This document shows positions 37,905 through 50,636 of a stretch of DNA of 64,000 nt, in pieces. The notes under the pieces were generated by a model, which was not told the DNA's origin, searched no databases, and worked only from the letters and a program-made list of their open reading frames with translations. The stretch's first letter is position 1. The number at the start of each line of letters is the position of its first letter. Origin of the DNA: Octopus vulgaris (lineage: Eukaryota); the NCBI GenBank assembly GCA_951406725.2, contig OX597815.1, forward strand, positions 167,710,001 through 167,774,000, written 5' to 3'. Made by a program: the position numbers and the translations under genes.

Positions 37905-38213
37905 ATATGTTTCTTTGTTCCTTCTCGAGCCATGCCTGGCTCATAAGGGCCGGTTTCTCGGTTTCCTTGGTGTATAGTTTCCCCACCTGGACGGGACGCC
38001 GGTCCGTCGCAGGCGAGCTGCAAGACGCAGGAGGAAAGAGTGAGCGAAAGTTGCAGCGAAAGAGTCAGCAGAAGTTCGCCATTACCTTCTGCCGGAGCCG
38101 CGTGGAGCTTAGGTGTTTCGCTCATAAACACACACATCGCCCGGTCTGAGATTCGAACCCGTGATCCCTCGACCGCGAGTCCGCTGCTCTAACCATTAGG
38201 TCATGTGCCTCCA
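37905..38213 (-). mobile_element. tRNA-derived SINE with a family C-like head and family D-like tail
   Basis: Head GTGGAGGCACATGACCTAATGGTTAGAGCAGCGGACTCGCGG; tail GGCGTCCCGTCCAG..GAAACCG.GAAACCGG.CC..ATGAGCC, as in 42350-42420. Confidence 0.8.
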
Positions 38214-38239
38214 CAAGAATATATGTAGTATACGCATAT

Positions 38240-38450
38240 TCTTTTCTACTCTAGACACAAGGCCCGAAATTTTGGGGAAGGGGGCCAGTCGATTTGATCG
38301 ACTCCAGTACGCAACTGGTACTAATTTATCGACCCCAAAAGGATGAAAGGTAAAGTGGATCTCTGCGGAATTTGAACTCAGAACATAAAGACAGACGAAA
38401 TATCACTAAGCATTTCGCCCAGCGTGCTAACGTTTCTGCTAGTTCGCCGC
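38240..38450 (-). mobile_element. SINE family A copy
   Basis: Reverse-complement family core. Confidence 0.85.
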
Positions 38451-38654
38451 GTTGTAGCACTCATATCGAATACATACATAGTTGCTATTATCAGTTACCA
38501 GGCGGAAGTTTGCTTTCTGATCATATAATTCCAGGTTGAATCCTACTGTATGGCAGCTTGAGTAAGTGTCTTCTAGTATAACCCCAGGCTGATCAGAGCC
38601 TTGTGAGTGAATTTAGCAACATTGACACGAAGCGAAGCCTCTCTTTGACACACG

Positions 38655-39470
38655 ACCGCTACATCACATTACACTTTGAAAGCTATGCATTTGCAATCGT
38701 TGAACAGGAGATTTTTACTAGATACCTAATCAACAAAAGAGACAGTTGAATCCCTTGAAGTTCCAAGACGCAACCGTAAATGTAGATTATATCATATTTC
38801 TATGGAAGTCATTACATATGTGATTAGATTAGCAGCTGCCCAAAAATGTCAAAATACTACCTCCCAATACGACATGACGTTGTCGCAAAAACACTATGCA
38901 ATGCCATTCGGAAAAAACACAACCAAATCTGTCCTGGAATAAGTATAGAGAATCCCCCTGTTACTGAATACGCATACATATACCAGCACAAAGAATACTG
39001 GTGGAACATTCCCATCAAAACATCTGTCAAGAGTAAGCATAACAGGTCGGATACTGTTGTTTGTACTGTCATAGACATTGGCTGTCTTGCTGATGTGAAT
39101 ATCGTTATCGTTTTAAATATCAAAGAGAAAGAAGATAACTGTGGACAGCTGCTTCTAAACCTCCAGCTTCTATATCTGGAATACTAATTTTCATTTATAC
39201 CAATAATAATTGGAGCACTTGGTTTTTGTAAGTAAATGCTTAACTGTCAGTCTGAATTAGCTTGGATTTTCAGAAAAAGAAATCAATCAACTGATTTGTA
39301 CACTACGACCACAATCTGTAAGCAGAATAGTAAAACTATGCGAGACTTTTCTCAGGTTTAAAATGTGATATTGTTTTCGTTATCTACATTCCAAAATGGA
39401 GCTTTGTACCTTTGTTAGAAACCAGCTCTTTCTTCAGAGGAAGAATGTAGAGGTCTAAAAGCAGAAGAAA
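38655..39470 (+). mobile_element. 3' end of an R4/Dong-like RLE non-LTR retrotransposon (degenerate)
   Basis: Fragments YAFAIVEQEI.TRYL, decayed CCHC knuckle, SCPKMSKYYLPIRHDVVAK, WWNIPI..KHNRSDTVV..IDIGC..EKEDN..IPIIIGALG. Followed by (TACA)n. Confidence 0.8.
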
Positions 39471-39510
39471 TACATACATACATACATACATACATACATA
39501 CATACATACA

Positions 39511-39542
<32 letters not shown>

Positions 39543-39678
39543 CAACCGGCCAGATATTGTGTGGGACCACAGAGAAAAGATATGTGGTTAGAAAAATACA
39601 AGAGAAAGAAAACATCTATGGACCATTGATCAGGCGTTCGCAACTCCGGTCGCCAAGATACACTTTCAGCTTAATACC

Positions 39679-39726
<48 letters not shown>

Positions 39727-39736
39727 CATTATTATT

Positions 39737-39817
<81 letters not shown>

Positions 39818-40111
39818 ATTATATTATTATTATCATTATTATTATTATTAATATTATTATTATTGGTGCAACAGGATACGTACTAACCCATCTAGAGCAA
39901 AGTATGGCTGAACTCGGATCTTGGGGTGAGAACGCAAATCCTTAATTTATATGCTACAAATGATCACAATATATGGGACTATAAACATCAGCAAGACATT
40001 CTTAACATGTAATGGATGGTGGCTAAAAGAAGATACTTTCTTTCATAACCTTGTTACAAAGTAAGATGGCCTGTCAAAATTTACTCTAAAATTAAGAGAA
40101 AGAGAAGACCG
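39543..40111 (+). mobile_element. second R4/Dong-like RLE LINE 3' fragment, split by (ATT)n
   Basis: [33 protein letters not shown][I]n GATGYV..GTINISKTFL. Followed by (TACA)n. Confidence 0.75.
39680..39864. repeat. (ATT)n/(ATC)n microsatellite
   Basis: Direct reading. Confidence 0.95.
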
Positions 40112-40207
40112 TACGTACATACATACGTACATACATACATACATACATACATACATACATACATACATACATACATACATACATACATACATACATACAT
40201 ACATACA

Positions 40208-40762
40208 TGGCTGCCCCCTCGTTATCGAGTATGGCCATTGCACGAAGCTTAATCAATGTTGTTATCATGCAATGCCTGCGCAAGAAGATTTTTTTTAAAG
40301 TGAGGAAAGGCTGTGCACTGAGTCAATCCCACTCACTAAGCAACAGCAGCCATAATCCGAAAAGAAGAACAAGTCAACATCATCGGTAACCACTGAGCTG
40401 CAGGTTTTATGTCGGAGTTATCCCAGTTACCTGAGTTACCTTCTCATTGAAGGATGCCCTAAAAAAGGCTAGGAGTCCTTCACTCCCAATGGTTTAACCG
40501 CGCTATCGGGTATTCAGTCCTATTATTTCTATGTCCCCGCGCATGATACAGCCTTAAGACATTTATTGGATGGCCATTACTCTCAAGAGTTCCTCGTCCT
40601 TTGACGGGTTTTGTTTTTCATCCCGCAAGGTGTCCAATAAACACCCTCCTCACCAAGCAAGCTTGGTGGGGTTGCCAGTTTAGTCGCCGACGACACGACC
40701 ATGCAACAGGTTGTACTGGGTTACATGTTACCAGTAGCACTCGAAAATAATCTGACATAAAC
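40208..40762 (-). mobile_element. non-autonomous RTE-derived element (5' UTR plus 3' end) with a (TGTA)n tail
   Basis: RTE-type 5' motifs TGGTCGT..GGCGACTAA and GAGAAGGTAACTC..ATAAAACC. A partial second copy lies at 57725-57928. Confidence 0.65.
40675..40726 (-). ncRNA. HDV-like ribozyme fold (L3 shortened)
   Basis: P1 AUGUA(A)/(U)UGCAU, P2 CCAGU/ACUGG, P3 ACA/UGU, then GG, P4 UCG..CGA and J4/2 CUAA, in canonical order. Confidence 0.55.
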
Positions 40763-41294
40763 TTACATACATACATACATACACTGGCCTACATAACTTT
40801 TCTGCATAAAATTGTAGGAAAGCTTGGTTTCTCCCCCTACCCACAAAAAAAAAAAATACAAAACTGATTGATTCGCTTTTTTCCAATGCAGTCTATTAGA
40901 AGAACAGCCAATTTTTGTAAAACATTTAGAAATTCTCCATTTGTGGTTACTGCATGATAATTTGTATACAGTCACATTTATGTATGGAATACATATGCAT
41001 TACATACCTACGCCCATCCACTACGCGAATGCCGCTGAAATCGCATGCACATACATATATGCATATATCGACCAATTTCAATTGCGTCAAATCCTAAAAT
41101 ACGTGTGTGTGCCTGTGTCTGTGCGTGTGTCTGTGTCTGTGCGTGTGTACGTGTTTCTTAGAGGAGGCTATGTTGGGATACTACCTTCATTGTATACACA
41201 ATTTCAAAATTTTTTTAATATTTAGGCAAAGGAACACATACATGTTCATAAAACATACAGATATGTACACGTGTGGGCGTGTGTGTGTGTGCGC

Positions 41295-41401
<107 letters not shown>

Positions 41402-41569
41402 ATGTATTGTTTGTGTGTGTGTGTGTTTATTCTCTTATCGGTCCTGAAATTTGGGATTACAAATGGGGCTGTGAGAAACCCATCCTTTATTCTGATACAG
41501 TAGTGTCAATGATTACGTTATTCAATATATCCTTCACTATATCCTTCCGTTTCTTTAAACAATAAGAAG

Positions 41570-41965
41570 TGGTACTAGGTCTGTGGGTAGACCGATCTTA
41601 CGCTACAAAGATGTTTGCAAAAGGGACATGAAGGCCTGCAACATCAATATTAGCGGTTGGGAGGCAGTTGCCGGCAACCGTGGAGAATGGCGACGTACCG
41701 TAAAAGAGGGAATACAAAGGAGTGACAGAGAGAGAGAGGGAGAAATGGAAAGAAAAGAAGAGACGTCAACAAGAGACTATGGCACTACAACCAGCCAGGA
41801 ACAGTCTTCGCTACATTTGCGGTACCTGCCAGAGGGAGTGTTTGTCCAGGATAGGACTACACAGCCACAGCAGGAAATGTATCAGGACATGAAATATAAA
41901 AGCCGGACTAGACTACTTTATGCGCAACTCCATTGTCCCCCGAGACAGAAAAGATGCCAACCAAG
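41570..41965 (+). mobile_element. RTE/BovB-like LINE 3' end
   Basis: GRPILRYKDVCKRDMKACNI...W...A.NRGEWR, then YICGTCQRECLSRIGLHSHSRKC (C2H2-type finger) after a frameshift. Confidence 0.85.
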
Positions 41966-42190
41966 AAGTGAATAGATATATTTGGCTGTCATTTTCAACA
42001 AGGTATGTGACCTCACAGAGGCTACGTAGTTGGATCATAATATTAGTGATTATATTAAGGCCGCAGGCTGGCAGAATGTTCAGCGGCATTTCGTCCGTCT
42101 ATACATTCTAAGTTCAAATTCCGCTGAGTTCGATTTTGCAGTTCATGTTGTCGGGGTCGATAAAATAAGTATCAGCATCGATAAAATGAG

Positions 42191-42450
42191 TGGAGGCTCG
42201 TGGCTTAGTGGTTAGGGTGTCAGCATCATGATCGTAAGATTGTGGTTTCGATTCCTGGACCGGGCGATGAGTTGTGTTCTTGAGCAAAACACTTCATTTC
42301 ACGTTGCTCCAGTCCACTCAGCTGGCAAAAATGAGTAACGCTGCGTTGGACTGGCGTCTCGTCCAGCTGGGGAACACATACGCCATTGAAACCGGGAAAC
42401 CGGGCCCATGAGCCTGGCTGGGCTTTAAAAGGGTGCATTTATTATTTATT
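42191..42450 (+). mobile_element. SINE family D copy nested in a SINE A
   Basis: Matches 22962-23195. Confidence 0.85.
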
Positions 42451-42470
42451 TATTATCAATAAAATAACTC

Positions 42471-42848
42471 TATTCAGTGATGGGGGCTGGTTGGTTATCT
42501 AATTCTAAGTATGCGTTATTAGGTTCTGTTCGTGCGGTTGCTCAGAGTATCTCTTGTGAAGTTAGCATGTCATTAATTTTAATAAGTTGTTTATCATTAG
42601 TGGGTAGAGTTAAGTTAGTAAGGTTGTTACAATATCAATGTGGAAGTTGGATTCTTTTTTTTTCTGTTAATTTTTTAATATTTTTAATATGAATATGTAT
42701 TGCGGGGTCTCATCGGACTCCATTTGATACTGCTGAGCGGGAGTCAGAATTGGTTTCTGGTTTTAATTTTAAGTATGGAGCGGTTGGTCTGACGTTGTTA
42801 TTTATGGCTGAATGTGGGAATATTTTGCTTATGAGGTTTTTGAGTAAT
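42471..42848 (+). pseudogene. nad1: NUMT: mitochondrial NADH dehydrogenase subunit 1 fragment
   Basis: [29 protein letters not shown] and AGSHRTPFDTAERESELVSGFNFKYGAVG..LFMAECGNIL are decayed ND1 motifs. An in-frame TGA fits mitochondrial Trp. Confidence 0.93.
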
Positions 42849-43640
42849 GTGGTCGATGTAAGCTACTTACTCACTCCCCCAAAATGCTGGCTGTGTGCCA
42901 AAATTTGAAGTCAATATTAGTGATTATATTTATGATGGCTTTATAAAATTGAGTGTAAATTGCAAAGGGAAGTATGTCATTTTATCTTGTGTGTTGTTTT
43001 TAATTAAAGCAGTCAGTTATGTAACTTCCAGCATATGTGATGTGCCCTTTGTGGATAAGCTTTGGCTTACTTAGCCCAGATGAAGTTGACGAGTTTCCGT
43101 TGAAAAACATTTTGGAAGATACGTTGAAAGAGTCTTTACAAATACAAAAGAACAGATGCTAAAGTGCATATGTTCTGAACATAAGGGGTTAAGTGTAGGA
43201 AACTGTTATCAGCGGAGAAATATAAATGTCTGAAAGTAACAATGAGCAGGGTTTGACACAAGTAAAAATACAGTTGATAGAATGAAAGATATAAGGTTAG
43301 AGAGATTAAAAGTTCTTGAAACGCTAACAAGTAGAAAATGTGTGAATCGTCAAGAGACTCGATGGCGTGTAGTGCTTTGTGGGTTTTGGAGAGGAATTCT
43401 AATAGGAAAACAGGATTAAATGGTGGTCGAGTGTGAAGCTGGGAGGAGATGAAATACATTACAGGCGGATGAGCTCATCCTGTAAGTGATAAGTGAGCAT
43501 GGTGATGGCAGGCAGCTTACCATTTTAGAAAACCAGAGATCATGGAAATATAGATTTAAAACTGCTTATCAATCACATGGAGGATTTTCCTTTTCTAACA
43601 TTCATTCTGGAATGTTTGCGTGTGGGACATCCCCACCATG

Positions 43641-43679
<39 letters not shown>

Positions 43680-43728
43680 AAAAAGAAGTTTGAAAACGCC
43701 ACTATATAAGATAAATTTTAATTTTCTT

Positions 43729-43783
43729 AGAAATTTTACATGTTTCGGTTCTTCATGAAAAAACGAACCTTATCAAAATATCT
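43729..43783 (-). ncRNA. minimal type-I hammerhead ribozyme motif (U3/A8 variant)
   Basis: Minus strand reads UUGAUAA-GGUUC(13 nt)GAACC-GAAAC-AU-GUA, with a palindromic stem III. Confidence 0.6.
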
Positions 43784-43859
43784 TAAAAAGTTAAGTGTAA
43801 TAAAAAAGTTCATAATTGTTTCTTACAGGTCTGAACAGGATCCACGTGGTGGTTTTTGT

Positions 43860-44145
43860 GGGTAGTAAGCATAATAGCTGTCTTATGTGTTCGAATTCCC
43901 AGACCGAGTGTTGTCAGTGTTTATTGAGCGAAAACACCTAAAGCTCCAGGAGGCTCCGGCAGGGGATGGTGGCGATCACTGCTGTACTCTTTCGCCACGA
44001 ATTTCTCTCACTCTTTCTTCTGTTGGCCTGCTCGCTTAGCCAGCGGGGTGGTGTCATTTGAAGGCTAAAACAATGCGAAGCGCATTGTGACCACCGATGT
44101 GTAGCAACATCTGATAGCCTGGTCGGTCACGGTGATCACGGTGAT
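43860..44145 (+). mobile_element. SINE family C copy (degenerate head)
   Basis: Body matches 17990-18240. Confidence 0.8.
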
Positions 44146-44170
44146 ATATATATATATATATATATATATA

Positions 44171-44536
44171 GGGGTAAAATATGAAAATTCAACGAAAATG
44201 CACATTGGAAATAACAAAAGGCTATTTATGACAGGTAACGACACATATATACATTTAGATGGACTGAGGTAGTAATAAGAGTCATAAAAGTCATTATTAT
44301 GAGATGATTATAAGATGATAATAATATAGTAAGAGAACAAAGCGAACCATGATTTCGGCAAAAAGCTATTCATCGTTTTGAAAACACCGCATCTTATAAT
44401 CATCTCATAATAATGACTTTTATGACTCTTATTACTACCTCAGTCCATCTAAATGTATATATTTGTCGTTACCTGTCATAAATAGCCTTTTGTTATTTCC
44501 AATGTGCATTTTCGTTGACTTTTCATATTTTACCCC
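44171..44536. repeat. fold-back element with 147-bp inverted arms in (TA)n
   Basis: Arms 44171-44317 and 44390-44536 show ~2 mismatches around a 72-bp spacer. Confidence 0.93.
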
Positions 44537-44567
<31 letters not shown>

Positions 44568-44569
44568 AC

Positions 44570-44603
<34 letters not shown>

Positions 44604-44642
44604 GCACATACATATATATGCATGCAAACATATATATATACA

Positions 44643-44699
<57 letters not shown>

Positions 44700-44899
44700 G
44701 GGATCCACAGATTGATCAGCACCAGATTATTTTCTAACTTTAAAGAGTAACTTACATGTGACGTCATCGCGCGTGAATATCAGACATTGTGAGGCGCAGT
44801 ATTATAATGTTTCGTTTGTTTCTTTCCATGAATAGGAAGAGAGTGGCAAAATAACGTTTTTCCTGTAATTACTAATTATTATATCTTATTGCAGCGAGT

Positions 44900-45430
44900 A
44901 GGCTGTGATACACACATTAGAGGGTGTTACTTCCTATGTATGGAAAGAGTGTATGCTTGGCTTGTGGTGTTCAGATTGCATGCGGATGAGAGCTGGGGGG
45001 GAGGCGGATATGAGGACGTGTAAAGGATGGTACCGTCTCAACAGGAGTGTATCATACTAGAAATGGCAGTAGTTTTCAGAAAATGATTCGAAGCTAAAAC
45101 CGAACAGTGGGACAGCCATAGATAAGAGAATGTGAGCTTCGCTGACTCACTCTATGGTAGACCTTTGAAGCGGGAAACTTCCGAGATAGGAATCAGACAA
45201 CACATGAAAGATATTTCCATACCAGGCGCGGTCAAAGGTGTTACTGATATCATGAATAAGATTTATCTTGCCAAAGATCTAAAGATACAAAAGGTCACTG
45301 ATGCATGACGCAGGAAAGTAGACCCGCGTTAGAAGCGGTTATACAAACACCGTACTGAGTGCCAGTTAAACGGAAAGCGGAGACAAGGTGATGAAGACAT
45401 TCCGAAAGTGCTTCCAACAAGAATGATAGG
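44900..45430 (-). mobile_element. highly degenerate LINE RT fragment (CR1/Jockey/I-like)
   Basis: Minus-strand QYG and DISNTFDRAWY resemble QYGFR and DISKAFDRVWH. Confidence 0.45.
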
Positions 45431-45559
45431 AGCAGAGATATATTCTTTGTCGGAAATTGGGCACACATTTTTGTGCTTTCATTATCGGAGTCAGGTCCAT
45501 CCATCCATCCACGCATACATACATACATACATACATACATACATACATACATACATACA

Positions 45560-45592
<33 letters not shown>

Positions 45593-45610
45593 GTATGTAT
45601 ATACACATAT

Positions 45611-45890
45611 GTGGAGGCGCAATGGCCTAGTGGTTAGGGCAGCGGACTCGCGGTCGTAGAATTGCGGTTTCGATTCCCAGATCGGGCGTTGTGAGTGTTT
45701 ATTGAGCGAAAACACCTAAAGCTCCACGAGGCTCCTGCAGGGGGTGGCGGCGATCTTTCGCCACAACTTTCTCTCACTCTTTCTTCTGATGGCCTGCTCG
45801 CTTAGCCAGGCTAAAGCAATGCGAAGCGCATTGTGACCAGCGATGTGTAGCAACATCTGATAGCCTGGTCGGTCACGGTGATCACGGTGA
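45611..45890 (+). mobile_element. SINE family C copy
   Basis: Matches 17926-18240. Confidence 0.85.
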
Positions 45891-47095
45891 TATACACATA
45901 TACAGAGAGAGAAAGAGAGAGAGAAACAGAGAGACAGAATATGATAACAATAACACGGAAGAAGACTATTTGACTGTAGTAATAGTTGAGATACCTTTAG
46001 GACGTGTGCCTTTGTTGTGTAGTAAAGCTAGTAGAAGCGTTTACAAAATCGATGATTTTGCAAAAAAATACTTTGATGTTTAATGAAAGAAGCACCACGT
46101 CGAAAGTGGTGGTACTCTTCGAAATTCAAAACTATTTTAGATTCTTGTCCTCCTTACTTATATGTACCCTTCGGAAACGTTTAGAAATTAAAATGCAATG
46201 TTATCATCAGTTTAAATATGCTTGTGGCACGTAAGCAACTGTTCTTCTGGCACGTAAGCAAGTGTTTTGTCAGGGAGTGTTTTGTCAGGGAGAAAATTCC
46301 TTGTTGTAGACAAATGGTGAAAATAGACCTAAATCAGCACGCAGCGTCACCTACTCAGACTGTGAGATGCAAACATTTCGCATTTCGAGATAACCACTCT
46401 GAAATGCTTGCATCTCACAGTTTGGGTAGGTGGCGTTGCATCTTGGTTTAGGTGTATTTATACTATTGAATAATTTGCTAACGGGTTCGAACGTGTTACA
46501 AGCATCTTTGAACTGGTAATAACACTGCATTTATACACATCACTGCTCAGCGCTCCCGCCCCTTAGAAATGAAAATATATGTTGCGAAAATATAAACTAG
46601 AAGTATGTATTAATGAGATTCAAATTGCGAACATATTAGAATTTTAAGACAATATTAGGCAATATTTCAAACTAGCAAACTAGTTTTCAGTGCACAGCAT
46701 TTTATGTGAGATCGTTATTTGTAGAATTAAATAAATTTTCTCGCTAGAAAAAATATTTTTCTAATCATGTTTTGATAAAGTTTTTTTTTCTTGTGTTATC
46801 TAACAGGATAGTGGATATATTTCATTCGTATTTCAGTACACAGAACATTTGATATACGAACTCTATATCTGATTAAACATCGTGAAAATGTGCAAAGCGA
46901 GCAAAAATTTCAAGACGGCGCTAAATTTCTAAAAGTGCGTGAAAATAATTGCGAAGACGTACAAACATATACATACACACATACAAGTAAACATACATAC
47001 ATAGACACTCTCACACATATATACATGCATACATACAGACATATATATGTGTAGATATATATACCCACATACTTGTGTGTGGATAGCATTTCATT

Positions 47096-47349
47096 CAGTG
47101 TTTCTCAACATATTTTTTTATCTATAGACCTCTTCTGATTCCTGTTTAACTCGAGTGGACCGCCCTAGCCATTTGATGTTTTAAATAATCACATACTTTT
47201 ATAATTAAATACCATTTGAAATTTGCATAAATCAATTCTTAAAACATTTTGTGTAATGTAAAAGTATAACCACTTCATTGCTGATAAATTTTAACAACAA
47301 ATTCTTATAAGGACCCCTAATTCTTATGGTCCCCGGTTGAGGTCCACTG
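47096..47349. mobile_element. hAT-like MITE
   Basis: TIRs CAGTGTTTCTCAAC / GTTGAGGTCCACTG. 8-bp TSD ATTTCATT / ATTTAATT (7/8 match). Confidence 0.75.
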
Positions 47350-48083
47350 ATTTAATTAAAATTTGAACAGTTAAAGTATATAGGTATTGAATAAGAGCAT
47401 ATTTGTAGATGTTTCCGTGTATCATTGCACCTAAGGTTATAATAAAAACAATAGTGGTATTAACTACTAACATTATAGAAAATAGTAGTTTAGCTTTGTA
47501 AAAGGGCAATGAAAATCTCTTTGGGGGAATTTAGATACTGCAGTTCGTAATTGCTGATCAAATATACTTACAAATAATTAATAATATATAATCTAGGTTC
47601 TGTAGAGTTAATTCTAGATAAACTGTAATTTAATATAATATAACAAAACAGGATAGGATGCGCTGTATTGTACAAATACTATCAGAAGTCTAACTCTGTT
47701 GAAAATTATAAGGAGGAACCGAGGATGGAGTCAGTATCAGAACTAAAACGGTAATTTTTGCACTTTAGTATATTATATTAATATTATAAGAATGGAAGGT
47801 GTTTGCCCAGTAAAAAGAGATGAGTGTTTCAATTCTAGCCAACTTTCAATCAGCTATGTCCTCGTTGAATAATGTTTGCAAAACTTTTTCTGTCTCTTCC
47901 CCTCTTTCTCTCCCTCCCTCCTTCTGTTTTCTATCACACACACACATGCACACACAGAGAGACACATACATGTGTACGTATGTATTGTGTGTATGTATGT
48001 TTATATATATATAACATATATATATATATAATATATATATATACATATATATATAAATATATATATATATATATGTATATATA

Positions 48084-48116
<33 letters not shown>

Positions 48117-48134
48117 CGTGTGTGTGTGCATATA

Positions 48135-48720
48135 TGGGTACAGGAGATCACCAACAGTAAACAACATGAAATACGAAAACAAATGAGTTCAATACGCAAA
48201 AAACGAGAGAAGCAAATGGAAAAACAGGACAAATAACATAAAGAATGACCCTTCATCAGTTGTCGGCTGCCTATCTATTCCTCATTTCGAGCATTGAGCG
48301 ACAATATGAGTCTTCGAAGATAGTTGCTCCCAGAAATACTAAAATAAAATTTTGGATCTATGGAGGGTCATAGTTGGGAACGAAAACAGGAAAGTGAAAA
48401 AATACAAGGAAATCGAACGAAAACAAACATGGAGGTTCGTTAGACTAGAAAGTGGGTAAAATAGCGAACGCTGAAGAAATATTTTCTTTGACAAGAGAAA
48501 AGATAGAAGAGAGAGATACGATACATCCAACCTCTAAGATATCCTTGAAAGAATAGAACGATGATCACGTGAGGAAAAGAAAGATGGACGATGGTCACGC
48601 GTGAGCAACGAGAGTAAAGGAGAATGAGAGGGATAGAGAGACAGATAGAAAACGGTGATGGGGAGAAAAAATGGAATTTATATACATACGTACATGCATA
48701 CATACATACAAATATACGAT
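48135..48720. mobile_element. interspersed repeat, homologous to 31280-31920
   Basis: Shared motifs as listed for 31280-31920. Confidence 0.65.
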
Positions 48721-49160
48721 ATGAAACACACAGTATCACAGATATAGATATATACATATACATCCATATATAATAATGTATACAAAAATACCTATATAAT
48801 ACATAAACACGGATTCGTATATATGTCATGTTAAGAGGAAGAAGTTAAGTCTCTCAGCAAACCTTGAAGCGCTACAAGTATGAACATCTGATTAACAGCT
48901 ACATCAGATTGATTAAAAAACCATCAGCTTCACATCTCCGACATATCTGTCTCTCTCACCCCTCTCTCCCTCTTTCTCTCCTTTACTCTCCCACTTTCTC
49001 TGTCTATCTATATATCTAGTCATCTGTCCTCCAGGTCTTGGTGCGTCTGTGTTTGTATGTAGATGTTTGTAAATGTCGGCAATGTTTGTTTAATAGCACA
49101 ACTTTCTTCAATCAACCAGACACTTTTCGTCTCACTCATCCTCTCCCTCTCTCCTTCTTC

Positions 49161-49242
<82 letters not shown>

Positions 49243-49439
49243 TTTCTTGTGTTTCTTTTTCTTTGCCATTTCTCCTTTTACTCGCGTTTCGGTAATATCT
49301 TTTGCGCTATCTCTCTACTAATATTACCATATATGAATAAAGAGTGAGAGAGAGAGAGAGAAATAGAGCGACACACACACATATATTTCTATATATACAT
49401 ATAGACATATATGTATGTATATGTATGTGTATATATATG

Positions 49440-49566
<127 letters not shown>

Positions 49567-49819
49567 CTTGCTTGCTTATCTGTTTTTTGCTGTAATTCAA
49601 GAATCCACGGATAAAAACTAAAAACGAAACAAAGTATTAAAAAATAGTTTAAAGAGATGAGTGGAGATGGCGGGATATTCACCCCACCCACGTCCGAATT
49701 AAGAAATATTTGCGATTCTTATCATGTGCAACGGTGAATATCTCAGGACTGGTTTTACAACCGTATGATCAAAATCTCCAGGAGAACCAATAAAGGGAGA
49801 TGGTAAATCTGATGTTCAG

Positions 49820-50360
49820 AATGATGATGCTGATGACGTTGATGATGATCATGATAATGATGATGATGATGATGATGATGAGAGGAATGGAGGAGGAGAG
49901 GTGATACGGCGGGAGAGTAAAAGTGACGACGAAAATGGCGATGATGACGACATCAACCACGCTGGCGGTGGCGAGGATGGTGATGATGATGATGATGATG
50001 ATGATAATGATGATGATGGTGATGATAATGACTATGATGATGATGACGATATGCTGGTGATGATGATGATGATCATCATCATCATGGTCATGAAGTTGAT
50101 GACGATGATGATGACGATGATGATGATGATGACGATGATGATGACGATGATGATGATGATGGTAGTGGTGGTGATGATGACGACGATGATGATGACGATG
50201 ATATAGAGGTCGTCGAAAATGACATCGATGACAATGATGATGATGGTGGTTGTGGTAGTGGCGGTAGTGGTAGTGGAGGGGTGATGAGGATGATGATGAT
50301 GATTATTATTATTATTATTATTATTATTATCATTATTATTATTATGAAGATGATGATGAT
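49820..50360. repeat. (GAT/GAC/GGT/ATT)n trinucleotide field
   Basis: Direct reading. Confidence 0.9.
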
Positions 50361-50577
50361 GAAGGCACCATCCGGCAATATTGGATCTTATAGATAACAT
50401 TTGACATGTGTTACCGTTTCCCAAAGCATCTGTAGTCCCAATCGCGAAGCCTACCGCTGCTTCTACCGTTTTCCAAGAACTGTTGATAGACTTTCCGTAA
50501 TATCTCTTTTTATTTTCATTTTCTTTAATTTGTGAAAGCAGCAATGGTGTTGGTGATACTATATATGTATATGTATG

Positions 50578-50636
<59 letters not shown>

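Noticed and set aside
42471-42848. Functional nad1 gene
   Set aside because: It is an internal fragment with substitutions at conserved residues, embedded in nuclear SINEs.
50032-50544. 170-aa ORF with His/Asn runs
   Set aside because: Mostly trinucleotide repeat, with a non-ATG start and no domain.
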